A stretch of DNA of 64,000 nucleotides, from positions 1,178,001 to 1,242,000 of the forward strand of contig OZ024750.1 in the NCBI GenBank assembly GCA_964016885.1. The letters are read 5' to 3'. Every line of letters starts with the position of its first letter. The first letter of the stretch is position 1. The notes beneath the pieces were generated by a model. That model was given only the letters and a program-made list of their open reading frames with translations. It was not told the DNA's origin and did not search any database. Source of the stretch: Eledone cirrhosa. Lineage: Eukaryota. Made by a program: the position numbers and the translations under genes. Below, piece after piece: positions 26,566 through 39,489 of this stretch.

Positions 26566-27005
26566 CCTGTGTCAGTGTTGAACAAAAAGGTGACGTGGTT
26601 GCCTTAACACCGTATGGCATAAATTCAGGCTGTTCAGTTTGTTTACAAACGAACAAAGCGACGTTAGCGCCGCTAAACTGATACGTGCATATATGTATGT
26701 GTACCTGTATGCATATGTATGTATATATGTATATATATATATATATGTGCATGCTACTGTACGTCTGTATACATATATGTATGTACGTATACATGCATAC
26801 TTACATTTAAGTAAGTGCCATACTAAGAGTGAGAAATGAAATTTCGTTTTCATTTTGTTTCAATTTATATATATATAATTATATATATATAATTATATAT
26901 ATATATATAAGTATATATATATATATATATATAATTATATATATATATATATATATAATTATATATATATATATATATATATAATTATATATATATATAT
27001 ATATA

Positions 27006-27055
<50 letters not shown>

Positions 27056-27073
27056 TATATATATATATATATA

Positions 27074-27124
<51 letters not shown>

Positions 27125-27126
<2 letters not shown>

Positions 27127-27263
27127 CGAAGGAAATGTGGTAAGGAACGAGGTGGACCATAACGCACCAAAGTACTCAATATTTAGGGTTGTAGAGTGGG
27201 TAATAAGAACGAGTAGGACCCCGACAGCTGAGCTCAAGCCGTTTCGACGGCTAATTCTAGACT
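27125..27263 (-). mobile_element. Family A element without fold-back
   Basis: Minus strand TAGCCGTC-GAAA-CGGCT-tgagctc-AGCTG-TC-GGGGTCC plus tail, with (TA)n on both sides. Confidence 0.85.
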
Positions 27264-27306
27264 AAATATATATATATACAATTATATATATATATATATA
27301 TTCAAT

Positions 27307-27337
<31 letters not shown>

Positions 27338-27552
27338 ATACATATATATATACAATTATACATATATATATATATATATATTCAATTATACATATATATA
27401 TACAATTATACATATATATATATATACAATTATACATATATATACAATTATATATATATATATATATATATATACACAATTATATATATATATACAATTA
27501 TATATATATATATATATACAATTACATATATATATATATATATATATACAAT

Positions 27553-27620
<68 letters not shown>

Positions 27621-27649
27621 TACATATATATATATATATTTATATATAC

Positions 27650-27690
<41 letters not shown>

Positions 27691-27718
27691 TACATATATA
27701 TATATATATATATACAAT

Positions 27719-27789
<71 letters not shown>

Positions 27790-27970
27790 TTATAATTGAA
27801 TATAAAAGAAAAACGAACACAGATATATACATATATGTGTTCAAATCGCAAGGGACCAGATTCGCTAAGGCGAAAAGAATACTAACTATAGACAATAGGG
27901 CTTGCCTGTCTCAATTTAAGAAAAAAAATCAAGAAAATAAATACAAACCGGAATTGTGGTAACTACCAAT

Positions 27971-28044
27971 CACCCAGACAGCTTGGTGCTGTTTGGCAAT
28001 ATTGATTGTGAATAGAATTACCAATTCTTGCTCATCAGTGGGTG
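27971..28044 (-). ncRNA. Type I hammerhead ribozyme motif with a G12C core change
   Basis: Minus strand reads CACCCA-CTGATGA-GCAAgaATTG...CAATaTTGC-CAAA-CAGC-accaa-GCTG-TC-TGGGTG. Stems I and III are perfect. Confidence 0.8.
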
Positions 28045-28105
28045 CTTTCTTACAGCTATTTTATTGTAAGAGACTATTTTGAGTTCCTAACTCAATATAT
28101 ACCTT

Positions 28106-28196
<91 letters not shown>

Positions 28197-28742
28197 ATGT
28201 AGAAGATAGAGAATTTATATACTTCTTGATAAAACTGTTACTTTCACAATAGAACCTAATACATACGCACATATATCTATCCAACTATCCATCTATATAT
28301 CTATATATCTATCTATCTAAATACATATATATGCCATACATGTATACATATGTACGCTATACCAGATGCTTACAATACACACACACTACACACACGCACA
28401 CAATACATACACACACGCATGTCACATACGCACCAACACACACACACATACATACACACGCATGTCACACACACACACACGCATAGCACACACACACACG
28501 TGCATACACACACACACACACATTGACAGTTTCAACGTCGGCCAAAGAAATTGGAGAGAAGATGAGCGGAAGGCAAGAGAGACATACATCTGTGAGAATA
28601 ACCACTAAGTTAATAGCAACAACAACAACAGCATGCAACAGAAGCATGCAACACTAGCAGCTGCAATCAGGCTAGGAACAGCAGAAATGCACCATGCAGT
28701 TACAATAACGTTTTTACATGAAACATTGTAATTAACCAAATA

Positions 28743-28847
28743 CAGTGAAATTCCGTTATAAATTCATGGGTGTAAATTTCGTTATACAAAATTTCGTTAT
28801 ACTGAAAAATTCGTTATAATGGTATTCGCTATAACGAAATTTTACTG
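28743..28847. mobile_element. 105-bp pogo/Tigger-like MITE
   Basis: TA|CAGTGAAATTCCGTTATA ... TATAACGAAATTTTACTG|TA. Confidence 0.88.
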
Positions 28848-28925
28848 TATGCATGCACTTTATGAAGGGCTCTCCGTTCAACTATGTACACACACACAAA
28901 CTATATATATATATATATATATATA

Positions 28926-29097
28926 TAGTGAAATTCCGTTATAACGAAATTCGCGGGGTTTAAAAAAATTCGTTGTAATGATAAATGCTTTATTACGAGA
29001 TCGACCTAATGCATCGAGCGTATAGCCGGGGATTGAAAAAAATTTCGTTATACTGAAAAATTCGTTGTAATGGCATTCGTTATTACGGAATTTTATC

Positions 29098-29099
<2 letters not shown>
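28926..29099 (+). mobile_element. Longer copy of the same MITE family
   Basis: Same TIRs and repeated TTCGTTRTA motifs. Confidence 0.85.
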
Positions 29100-29144
<45 letters not shown>

Positions 29145-29295
29145 CCACATTATTTATTATATGGCAAGGTAAATAACTATGCTAATATTAAGGTTTTAGA
29201 GTTATTCCCCTTTCATCTAATACGTCAGAGTTTGTAGTTAGAAACGGGAGAAAACAGTATTTAATGCTTTAAGCTAATACATACCTTAAAATTTG

Positions 29296-29590
<295 letters not shown>

Positions 29591-29971
29591 AGAAAGGGAT
29601 ACATACGTCCATATCCATAAGGAGTAGCGATTCTTTAGTTCCATGGTGAGGCCACTAGATGTCGACGTTGGTATTAGAAAGTGGATAAAAAGCGAGGGTA
29701 GTAGGAGTTGTAAAACTTCATCAATGTCTCGACATGGTAGTAGCATCTAATGGTGCTCCGTCGATCGCGACGATTAATATCGATGATATCGATAATTAGA
29801 ACAGCATACTATTGAAAATAACTTGCAAGCTGCTGTATTACACATACCCTTAAAGTTGTTTCAACACGGGGCTTATCCATAAGCCGGGTCACAGTCTTAA
29901 CATTGAAATAATACAATCTTCCACCTGTCCATCCACGGCACGATACAGACATGATTTAAATTGTCTGCTTT

Positions 29972-30164
29972 ATAATTGTTTCTACTTTTGGTACAAAACC
30001 AGCAATTATCCCAGCGCATTACTGGTACTTTATTTTATCGACACCGTAAGGATGAAAGGCAAAGTTAACCTCGGCGGGATTTGAACTCAGAATGGCAAGG
30101 GCCGTAACTCTATGCGTCAAAGCATGGTGGCCGACCCTCTAGCGATACTGCCAATCCTCCTACC
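29972..30164 (-). mobile_element. SINE family 1, near full length
   Basis: Family motifs present. Possible TSD CTGCTTTATAAT / CTGGTTTATAAT. Confidence 0.9.
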
Positions 30165-30324
30165 TGGTTTATAATGTAGAATCTAGAGTAGCCTCCCCTT
30201 GAACAGCACACTGAAGGAATGAACTAAAATACTTAGGGGAATCAAAATGAATATGACATCTACCGTATAAATATATGCACACACACTCATACTAACATAC
30301 GTATTCACACAAATAAATAGGTAT

Positions 30325-30437
<113 letters not shown>

Positions 30438-30580
30438 AATATATATGTATGTATGTACAATGGTAAAGTACCGAGAAGTTATATCTGAAGTTGGTAGAGC
30501 ACTCATTCCAAAGGACGAGTTCGCTATGGAGTTAGTTCCACAACAAATTAGCAAACCATATTTGGGGACATGTGTTTTAC

Positions 30581-30619
<39 letters not shown>

Positions 30620-31170
30620 GGGGGGGGGGGGGGTAAGGAGAAGGAAAGAGGGAGATGGCTTGGTTTTCATCTTTTGGGCAGGTGTCTTAGACTGTAGCCA
30701 TAGTAGTGCGTCTATTTATGTCATTAGGCACCTTAGTAATTCGATAAATAGAGATCAATAAAGTAAGCACCAGACAAATAAACAAGAAATCGGATCGATA
30801 TCTGATAAAACCTTTGAAGCCTGTGCCTTATCACCGCCTCCGCCGCAGTCCAATAATTGAAAAATGCGTACACACGTACAGACGCACACGTAACAACATA
30901 CACACACATACACACGCAGGCACACAAACACACACAACTATAGAATCACCTACCTACATACACACACACAAGCATAGAATCACGTACATAGCCACACACA
31001 CACATAGAATCACGCCCAGAGTCATACCCACATATACACAAATATACACACATACGCAGCCGTACATATATACGACACACAGACACAATAAGTGAACGGT
31101 GCATGAAACTGCCAAAATATACGATGAATCGTTAAAGGTGTTTATAACATTTTACATACTTATATACACA

Positions 31171-31300
<130 letters not shown>

Positions 31301-31403
31301 CGCAGAATCTCTTAATCCTGTATATTGTATCTGTACAGATATGTATATTATATATTTGTACATATACCTTCTATACCCACCAATATATGTATATATATAT
31401 ATT

Positions 31404-31545
31404 GGTAAGATTCCGTTATAACGAATTTTTGTTCAATCTCCGGCCACACGCTCGATGAGTTAGGTCGATCTTGTTATAAAGAATTTTTCGTTACAACGAA
31501 TTTTATTTTATATCCCGTGAATTTCGTTATAACGGAATTTCACTG
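31404..31545 (-). mobile_element. TTCGTTATA-repeat MITE copy
   Basis: Ends in GTTATAACGGAATTTCACTG|TA. Confidence 0.85.
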
Positions 31546-32209
31546 TATATGTGTGTGTGTGCGTATATATATACGCATGTATATATACATTGATATAGAC
31601 ACATATATACACACATATCTATATTATATACTAAAACCTTCATATGTATTCAGGTTGGAAAAAATTTGACACGAAGGAATAAATAATATATGTTAAGTGA
31701 CTTAAACATGGCGTTTTAGAAAAAAAGACTCAAATGAGATTTCCTTGAAAGATTTCGTTGTGCAAATATAGAGCAACATTCGTCAAGGTGAATAATCACA
31801 TTTTAATAATGAAGTTACCTCCCTTACACAAGAATGTTTCTGAGACATCTAAACAGATTGAATCACAGATGATAAAATAGTCTTAGTTATACTTAGTTTA
31901 TTCAGATGTTATATACATACAATATATAAATAAACAAATAAATATATATATATATATATATATATATCTGTCTTCCACATACATTCTCTCTTTATCTCTC
32001 TCTGTATTTCTTTCGCAACATTTCCTATGGGGAAGTAGTTCCGGTTTAGGAAGTGTTTAGTACGGCTTTCAGGAACGAATGAAGTTCGGGAACCGAGGTT
32101 CCTCTCCATATTTATATAAATACAGGATACATCTAATGGATGAGTTCTAACGAATGATCATTGCTTTTCCCTTAGTTAGAATCATATATGTGTGTGTGTA
32201 CATGTATAT

Positions 32210-32272
<63 letters not shown>

Positions 32273-33190
32273 CGTAGATTATATATATATATGCATGCAT
32301 GCTCACACACATACCTATATTCATATATATATATATATATATATATTGTTATGCTTTGGGAGGGTCATGTTGCCAATAAGAAATTCAGAAACGAAATATA
32401 TATATATATCTGTGTGTATGTGTGTATACATGTGTGTATATATATGCACAGATATATATCTATTAAAAGTGTTAGAAAGATAAGTAGAAATATCTGCAAC
32501 TTCTCACCTACAGAAATCTATTGATAAATCTTCCCCGAATTACAGTTTTGCCGTAGCACGGGATTGAAGACAAACCACCTTCTACCCCACCTTATATTTT
32601 ACATTAAAATTAGAAAGCGTGACATCATGATGCTCACCCCTGTCAAGTCAATTATCGCCTAGATTTCTTCAAGTCCATACAGATATACATTTCCCAATTA
32701 ACCTCGCTATACGGAACCCTTTAATAACAACTGTTCAAAACTCACCTGTAGCTATTCTACCTTACATTAACGCCATTCCACATAAGTTCACTAAATCCCC
32801 CGAGGCAATCTCTTTTCACAGAAACATCAACGCAAATCTATTCAGCTTGACATGCAAAGTCGAATCGATTTGTACGAAACAGTAAGCTCTTCTGTCAAGC
32901 CTAACCATGTGATAGAACACACAAACTATACAAGAATTATAGAAGGCAAATTAAAAAAACAAAAAATCACACACACACACACAATAATTCAACCATAGTT
33001 GACTATTCAGAAAAGAACATCACATTCTCAAAATTCATATGGTACTTAAAAGAACGCAAAACTAATTGTGTCATTGAATAGAAGTTCCTTCAGCCAAGCA
33101 GATTCCCTATATACGGGACAAAAGATTCAACATGTGAAAAAACGAATTGGAAAGGGCTTAGTGGTTATTCTACAGAATTCCCCGCACAAA

Positions 33191-33240
<50 letters not shown>

Positions 33241-33953
33241 ACACACACACACACACACACTCTATTCTTGCCTGCACTGACGAATTTGTTCATACTTTGC
33301 CACCTCACTACCGAAACCTTAGCGATATACTCTATATCTGTTTAATCCCAGGCAGCACTGAATAGGACAGTAAATAGCGCGATATTGCAACACCAGCGCG
33401 TGAAGTACCTCGTGGTATTGTGATATCGTCAACTTATTAATACTATATATTTATAAATATATATATATATATATCGTCAACTTATTAATATATATATAAA
33501 CACACACATACACGTATATACATATATTCGTATATATATAGGGAATAGATTTTCCTTTAGATAGCACAAAGGTACAACATTTATTAATTTTTTTATTTTC
33601 CCTATATTTTACGAAATCTTGACAATGAGGTTATGAAATTCTAGAAACGTTGATAATGGATTTAGGAAGTTTGTTCCAAAGAGCTACAAAGAACGCATAA
33701 GAGAAAAACGAATTTATATCACACGAATACGTATATAATGGATGTTAAAATTTGAATATGCTCGTATCTTTAATAATGTGTATATGTATGTATGTATGTA
33801 AGTATGTAAGTATGTATGTATGTATGTAAGTATGTAAGTATGTAAGTATGTATGTATGTATGTAAGTATGTAAGTATGTAAGTATGTAAGTATGTATGTA
33901 TGTATGTATGTAATGCACAAATCTATATAGCGAGAATTATATATGTTTTACCA

Positions 33954-33988
<35 letters not shown>

Positions 33989-34002
33989 GACATGTGTGTA
34001 TG

Positions 34003-34068
<66 letters not shown>

Positions 34069-34170
34069 AGCGCGCGTGTGCGTGTGCGTGTGTGGGCTTA
34101 TAATAGCAGCGGGAAATATAGGCTTATAACAGCCACGAGAAATGATGAGATACGAAAATATACTCTTATA

Positions 34171-34367
34171 CGAGGATCGATTGAAAACCTCATAGGCCGA
34201 CTATGAAGGAGTGATGCTAGAGCTGTGAAATCTTGCATGCATTAATTTCAACTCTCCTTATTAATAATTGCACTTTTTTTTCCTGGAAATATGTTGAAAA
34301 ATAAACCTCATTTGGTCATTCCATGAGAGTATCTTGGTCAGTCTATGAACATTTCAGCCAACCCTCG
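34171..34367. mobile_element. Mariner-type MITE, ~200 bp
   Basis: TA|CGAGG ... CCCTCG|TA termini with imperfect TIRs. Partial copies at 9892 and ~54830-54925. Confidence 0.8.
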
Positions 34368-34472
34368 TATAAGTGTGAAATAGCCTCAAACTCCAATTAA
34401 TCCCCTCCATTTGTTCTCTATTTGATTTGATTTTGATTTCTTTCGATCGTTCTTCACCTTCCCAGTACGTTT

Positions 34473-34568
<96 letters not shown>

Positions 34569-34654
34569 TAATTTAGAACTATCATTTTCTATATTTTGAA
34601 AAACCCCGAGGCGATACTTGAAGTAACTATATCCAAATTCCAGGAATATATATC

Positions 34655-34688
<34 letters not shown>

Positions 34689-35191
34689 TTAAGAGAGAAC
34701 CATTAAGAAGTATTATATCTTAAAATTTCTCTTCTCTTCTTTTATAATACTTGTTCACCCCTATGTTGCTCCTGGCCACCGTAGCCAGGCTTATCTTTAC
34801 GAGATTAAACGGAAACTTTATTAGTAAAAGGCGGGGATTTGAAAGAGTTGCTAAACCGCTTGATTGAATGACTTGCGGTATTTGTTCTGGCGTTTTGAGT
34901 TGAAATCTGCTGAGTTTTAACTTTGCTGTTCATCATTTCTAGATCGATAAATAATGTATCAATACTGGTTAAGGGATTGATGGAATTGTTAGAGAATCTG
35001 ACGGGATACCTTATTCAATTGTGTTCTTTACGTTCTGAGTTTGTCTGCGATGATATTGGTACCAGTTCACACATGTATCATCACTATGGTTAAGTACTAC
35101 AAACCTCCAAGGAATAAACTGTTGCTCAAATGTGTTAAAAAACTCGGTGTCTGATATTAATAGCATTTTCATAAGCAGTCGCATCTATTTA

Positions 35192-35531
35192 TTATAAGAA
35201 CAGATTAAATCGTGGCTCAGGGTTAAAGGTGAAAGCATCGATTCTTTGCCTAAACTTTAATCTGTTCTTATAACAAATATTTGCTCTACGGGTTTTTATA
35301 TATATAAATATATGTTTTATATATAAGCAAAGGGATATTTAATTTGTTGGTTATTCAACAAATTTATTTATAACAGATTCGAAGCACTCTACAGTTTAAT
35401 ATCAATGATATTAATTGTAATCTGTTATAGTTTAAAGTGCTCTACAAATTAAATATATCTTTGCTTATAAATAGCTCCTTCAGTGTTGAGCACTTTAAAC
35501 TATAACAGATTACAATTAATATCATTGATAT
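35192..35531. repeat. Nested inverted repeats built from family B-related sequence
   Basis: Arms TATAAGAACAGATTAAA (35192-35272 region), a perfect 44-bp pair at 35399-35442 / 35488-35531, and a third pair near 35323-35347 / 35444-35469. Confidence 0.85.
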
Positions 35532-35532
35532 G

Positions 35533-35567
<35 letters not shown>

Positions 35568-35643
35568 CCCTATCGAGCCCACTTCGGATTTTAGTCATCA
35601 CATTTATTATTACTATATCTTAAATATATATATATCTTACATC

Positions 35644-35733
<90 letters not shown>

Positions 35734-36361
35734 AGTGAATGTGTGTATATATGGCTTTTGTTTGTTTTCAGTTTTATGATTAAGGGTTTTACTAGAAATA
35801 CTAGACATATGGCTGGAGGATCCCACTTATATAAAGTCATATCTTTATTCTATTTATATCTACAAATGTTACTCGTTCACTGTCTCAGTAAGTCAAACCA
35901 CGTTATTAATTTATGCTTGAATTATTCAATTTGAGCGAGAGCAACCTAAAAGCCATTAGTTATATATTCCATACTTTGGAATGTAATCTCTAGTTCTATG
36001 TTTCAGTTAACCCTTGTTTACTGAAAACAGAAAAATCATGAAATTGACTTCTTTAATAAGATATATATTTTGTATACATTAAATTAAGGATATTATAATA
36101 TATATAAAATATATTCAAAGATGAGCATAAAAAGCTCGAAATTTCAGTAATTTTCTAATTTTCTAATGTGTGTGTGTATGCATACATTTATATGTATGTG
36201 TATATGAATATAAACGCAGAAACATAGACACAAAAGAATTCACACTCACAGACATACATTCTCACAAACAATACATTCACACACACACATACACAGCGCA
36301 GCAAATGAAACGCCAGTCGGTGTTTTGCTAGAGTTTTTTCACCATCCGCTTCCTTCCTTTT

Positions 36362-36473
<112 letters not shown>

Positions 36474-38069
36474 GTGATGGACAGAAGTCGCTCACATTTA
36501 TATATAGATTCTCAAGTTTATTACTAACAGTTAAGATGAACTGCTTCTATTTGTTCAGAAATCTAATAGTTATATTTTTTTCACGAGACTCAGTTTTATA
36601 AATTATGTTTTGCAGAGAATCTCGAATGTCTTGATAACATTAGGAGTTTATCGCTTCGAACCAATTTTAAATAATGTGGCATAAAAAGTAGTATCGAGAC
36701 AAAGAAGTAATATACAATAATTTTATATCTATTGGTACTTTATCTCTACCACTAAACATATATGTTATGTATTACATGAAACAAGGATGAAGAACTCAAT
36801 ACAAAGTAGAGTGCAGTATAGGATTTCTATAGTCTTCATGACTGGTTAAATTACATGAGTAAGAGATATGCGAAAGAATCGTTAGAAAGGGAACATATAC
36901 AAGTGTAGTCGTGTAAATAGCCATCTTGAAAGTGTTTACTTCCAAAGAAATGACATCGATTCTTTGTTAACTGACGATGAGTATTCATAGACATGTTAAA
37001 ACCTAGCGGAGCCCACCTCTTTTCCAGTCTAGGTCTGAATACAGTAGATTTCTTCCAGAGTGTGAAAAACATAGAAGTGAGAAAGAGATACAGAGGCGAA
37101 ACCGACCCCAGTTCATCACTGGTATATTTTTTATCGACTCTAAATGGATGAAAGGCGGGATTTGATCTCAGAGAACAGAGAGAGTAAACTAATAGTCAAA
37201 CATTCTAGCCGACGTTCTAACGTCTCTAATTCACAGCCATAACTCAATACATACTTTAGAATATAAACCAATATTCCATTTCGTTTTTAATATTCTGTTA
37301 CCATTAGCTGATTTTTGAAATTAATATATTTATATATTAAATTACTTTCCTAAATAATTCCTCCCTTATTTGATGAATGAAGTGTTATTATATTATTATA
37401 CATTATTGATACGTAATCACATTTCGAACTACTATTTTTTATATAATGTACAATGTAAACTATAATATAAAGAACTGAATACATGCTTTTATACTGTTTG
37501 GCATGGGTTTTAAAATAATGCTTAATATAATCGAACAAATTTAATATATTAATAATTACTATAATGCCAATAAATAAATTGATCAAAGCTTTTCCATACT
37601 TGTAATAATAATTTAACACATTTATATTTGAAATAACATTTCATATGAAGAGATGTTTGTTATTATTTTAATTTTATGTTCGAAGGTTTGTTTATTTAGC
37701 CGGGGACGAGGAAAGGAAAGAGAACTCGTGAAAATGTTATTATAAGTAGTTTAAGAAATGGAGTCCAAGGAATTTATCTCGTCTATCTGTAAGAAGTCAC
37801 GTCCGTAAATAGTGGATCAAATCAATCGAAAGAATGAATTATCTTAACGAAATGGAATAGATATACGTCGTTTGCGACGATGAGCATTCTAGTTGTTCGA
37901 TCAATGGAACAATTAACGTGTAAGAGACTGTATTACACCTGTTTATCACATGGTCATCAGACAATAACTCTCTCTCTCTCTCTCACACACACACATATAT
38001 ATACACACACACAATAGATTAGATAAGTTGGTAATACAACCATATAAATGCAAAGAACATTTTAATATG

Positions 38070-38142
38070 AAAAATTCGGGACCCCAATTTGGATCTAACT
38101 GTTGGAACGGCAGGAGTTCAGCCGTCAGGTTCCCGAAATTTT
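38070..38142 (+). mobile_element. Diverged family A fragment
   Basis: GGATCTAACTGTT-GGAA-CGGC-aggagttca-GCCG-TC aligns to GGATCTAGCTGTC-GAAA-CGGC-cggagctca-GCCG-TC. Confidence 0.55.
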
Positions 38143-38160
38143 AAAATATATATATATATA

Positions 38161-38410
38161 CAATATATTAACAAATGGAAACTATATTTATAAAACCATA
38201 TTTATTTTATTATACATATTTCAAGGGCAACCAAGGCAAATTATGGTGCGCTTTCATCAGATAAAATACAGATTTGTTTTATAAATAAATAAAACAAATC
38301 TGTATTTTATCTGATGAAAGCGCACCCCAATTTGCCTTGGCGGCCCTTGAAATATGTATAATAAAATAAATATGGTTTTATAAATATAGTTTCTATTTAT
38401 TAATATATTG
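38161..38410. mobile_element. 250-bp palindrome with a minimal type I hammerhead in each arm (inverted Penelope-like pLTR pair)
   Basis: Arms 38161-38282 and 38289-38410. Plus-strand HHR at 38303-38368: TATTTTAT-CTGATGA-AAG...CTT-GAAA-T-atgt-A-TA-ATAAAATA. A mirror copy lies on the minus strand. Confidence 0.8.
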
Positions 38411-38499
38411 TGTATTTACTCCACTCATTTGTTGAGTGCTTTATATCAGTTATAAAAATGTTTAAGCTTGTTGAATCCCAACAAATTAAATATAACCTC

Positions 38500-38558
<59 letters not shown>

Positions 38559-38608
38559 TTATATATATAAACGTACATATGTGCATAAGAAAATCTATAT
38601 ATATCTTT

Positions 38609-38698
<90 letters not shown>

Positions 38699-39216
38699 TT
38701 TCCAAAGTGTATATTACGATAATGTTGAAGAAATATATTTTGTTTTGGTTTTGCTCTAAACTGTAATTTATTAGAAATACTTAAAAATAAAGGTGGGACA
38801 CTCGATACTTTCGTTGCTGATCTATATTTCCGTTTAAAACTGTTTTCACTAGTTTCAATATCAATCAGAATAATGTCAGCATAATGTTCCTTCTACAAAT
38901 AGGAATTTGAAAGAAAAATATCAACGCAATCGTTATCTTCAACTTCAAAAATGTATTTTGCAAAATTTAATTAAAAATAAAAATAACATAAGCATAATTG
39001 TTATCTATACCCTTGAAAATATCTTTCTAGAAAATTTCATTTAGCAATATGCATTATCAAGAAAATGGCAAGAAGGGAGATTGGAGGGAGGGGGACTGTT
39101 GGGGGAGGGAGGGGGACTGTTGGGGGAGGTGGTGCACTTCTGCAGTAGTTATTCCATATTGTTCCCTTTTCTAATGGATAGATAGACAGACAAGCAGCCG
39201 GGACGAAGGGTTTATA

Positions 39217-39255
<39 letters not shown>

Positions 39256-39454
39256 CACACAGAGAACGAGAGAGAGAGAGAGGGTGAGTGGACATATATA
39301 CATGGATGAAGTATGGATATATATATATATATATATCAAAATGGCGAACTGTGTTGTTTCAATTAAGTATAATGAAAAAATAAAAGTTACGGGCGAAATA
39401 GAGGATTATCCGTCATCAGTTGTCTACTAGGAATCATAGGTATTTATTCGCGTT

Positions 39455-39489
<35 letters not shown>

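Larger units (their letters stand above)
25683..26866 (+). mobile_element. 466-bp tandem array (~2.5 units) with one hammerhead per full unit; retrozyme-like or tandem Penelope-like pLTRs
   Basis: Unit starts at 25683, 26149 and 26615 and the units are near identical. HHR motifs at 26055-26099 and 26521-26565. Confidence 0.8.

Noticed and set aside
36112-36150. AAGAT-GAGC-ataaaaa-GCTC-GAAA
   Set aside because: A stem II-like hairpin only. The core 5' word is too altered and the other stems are missing.
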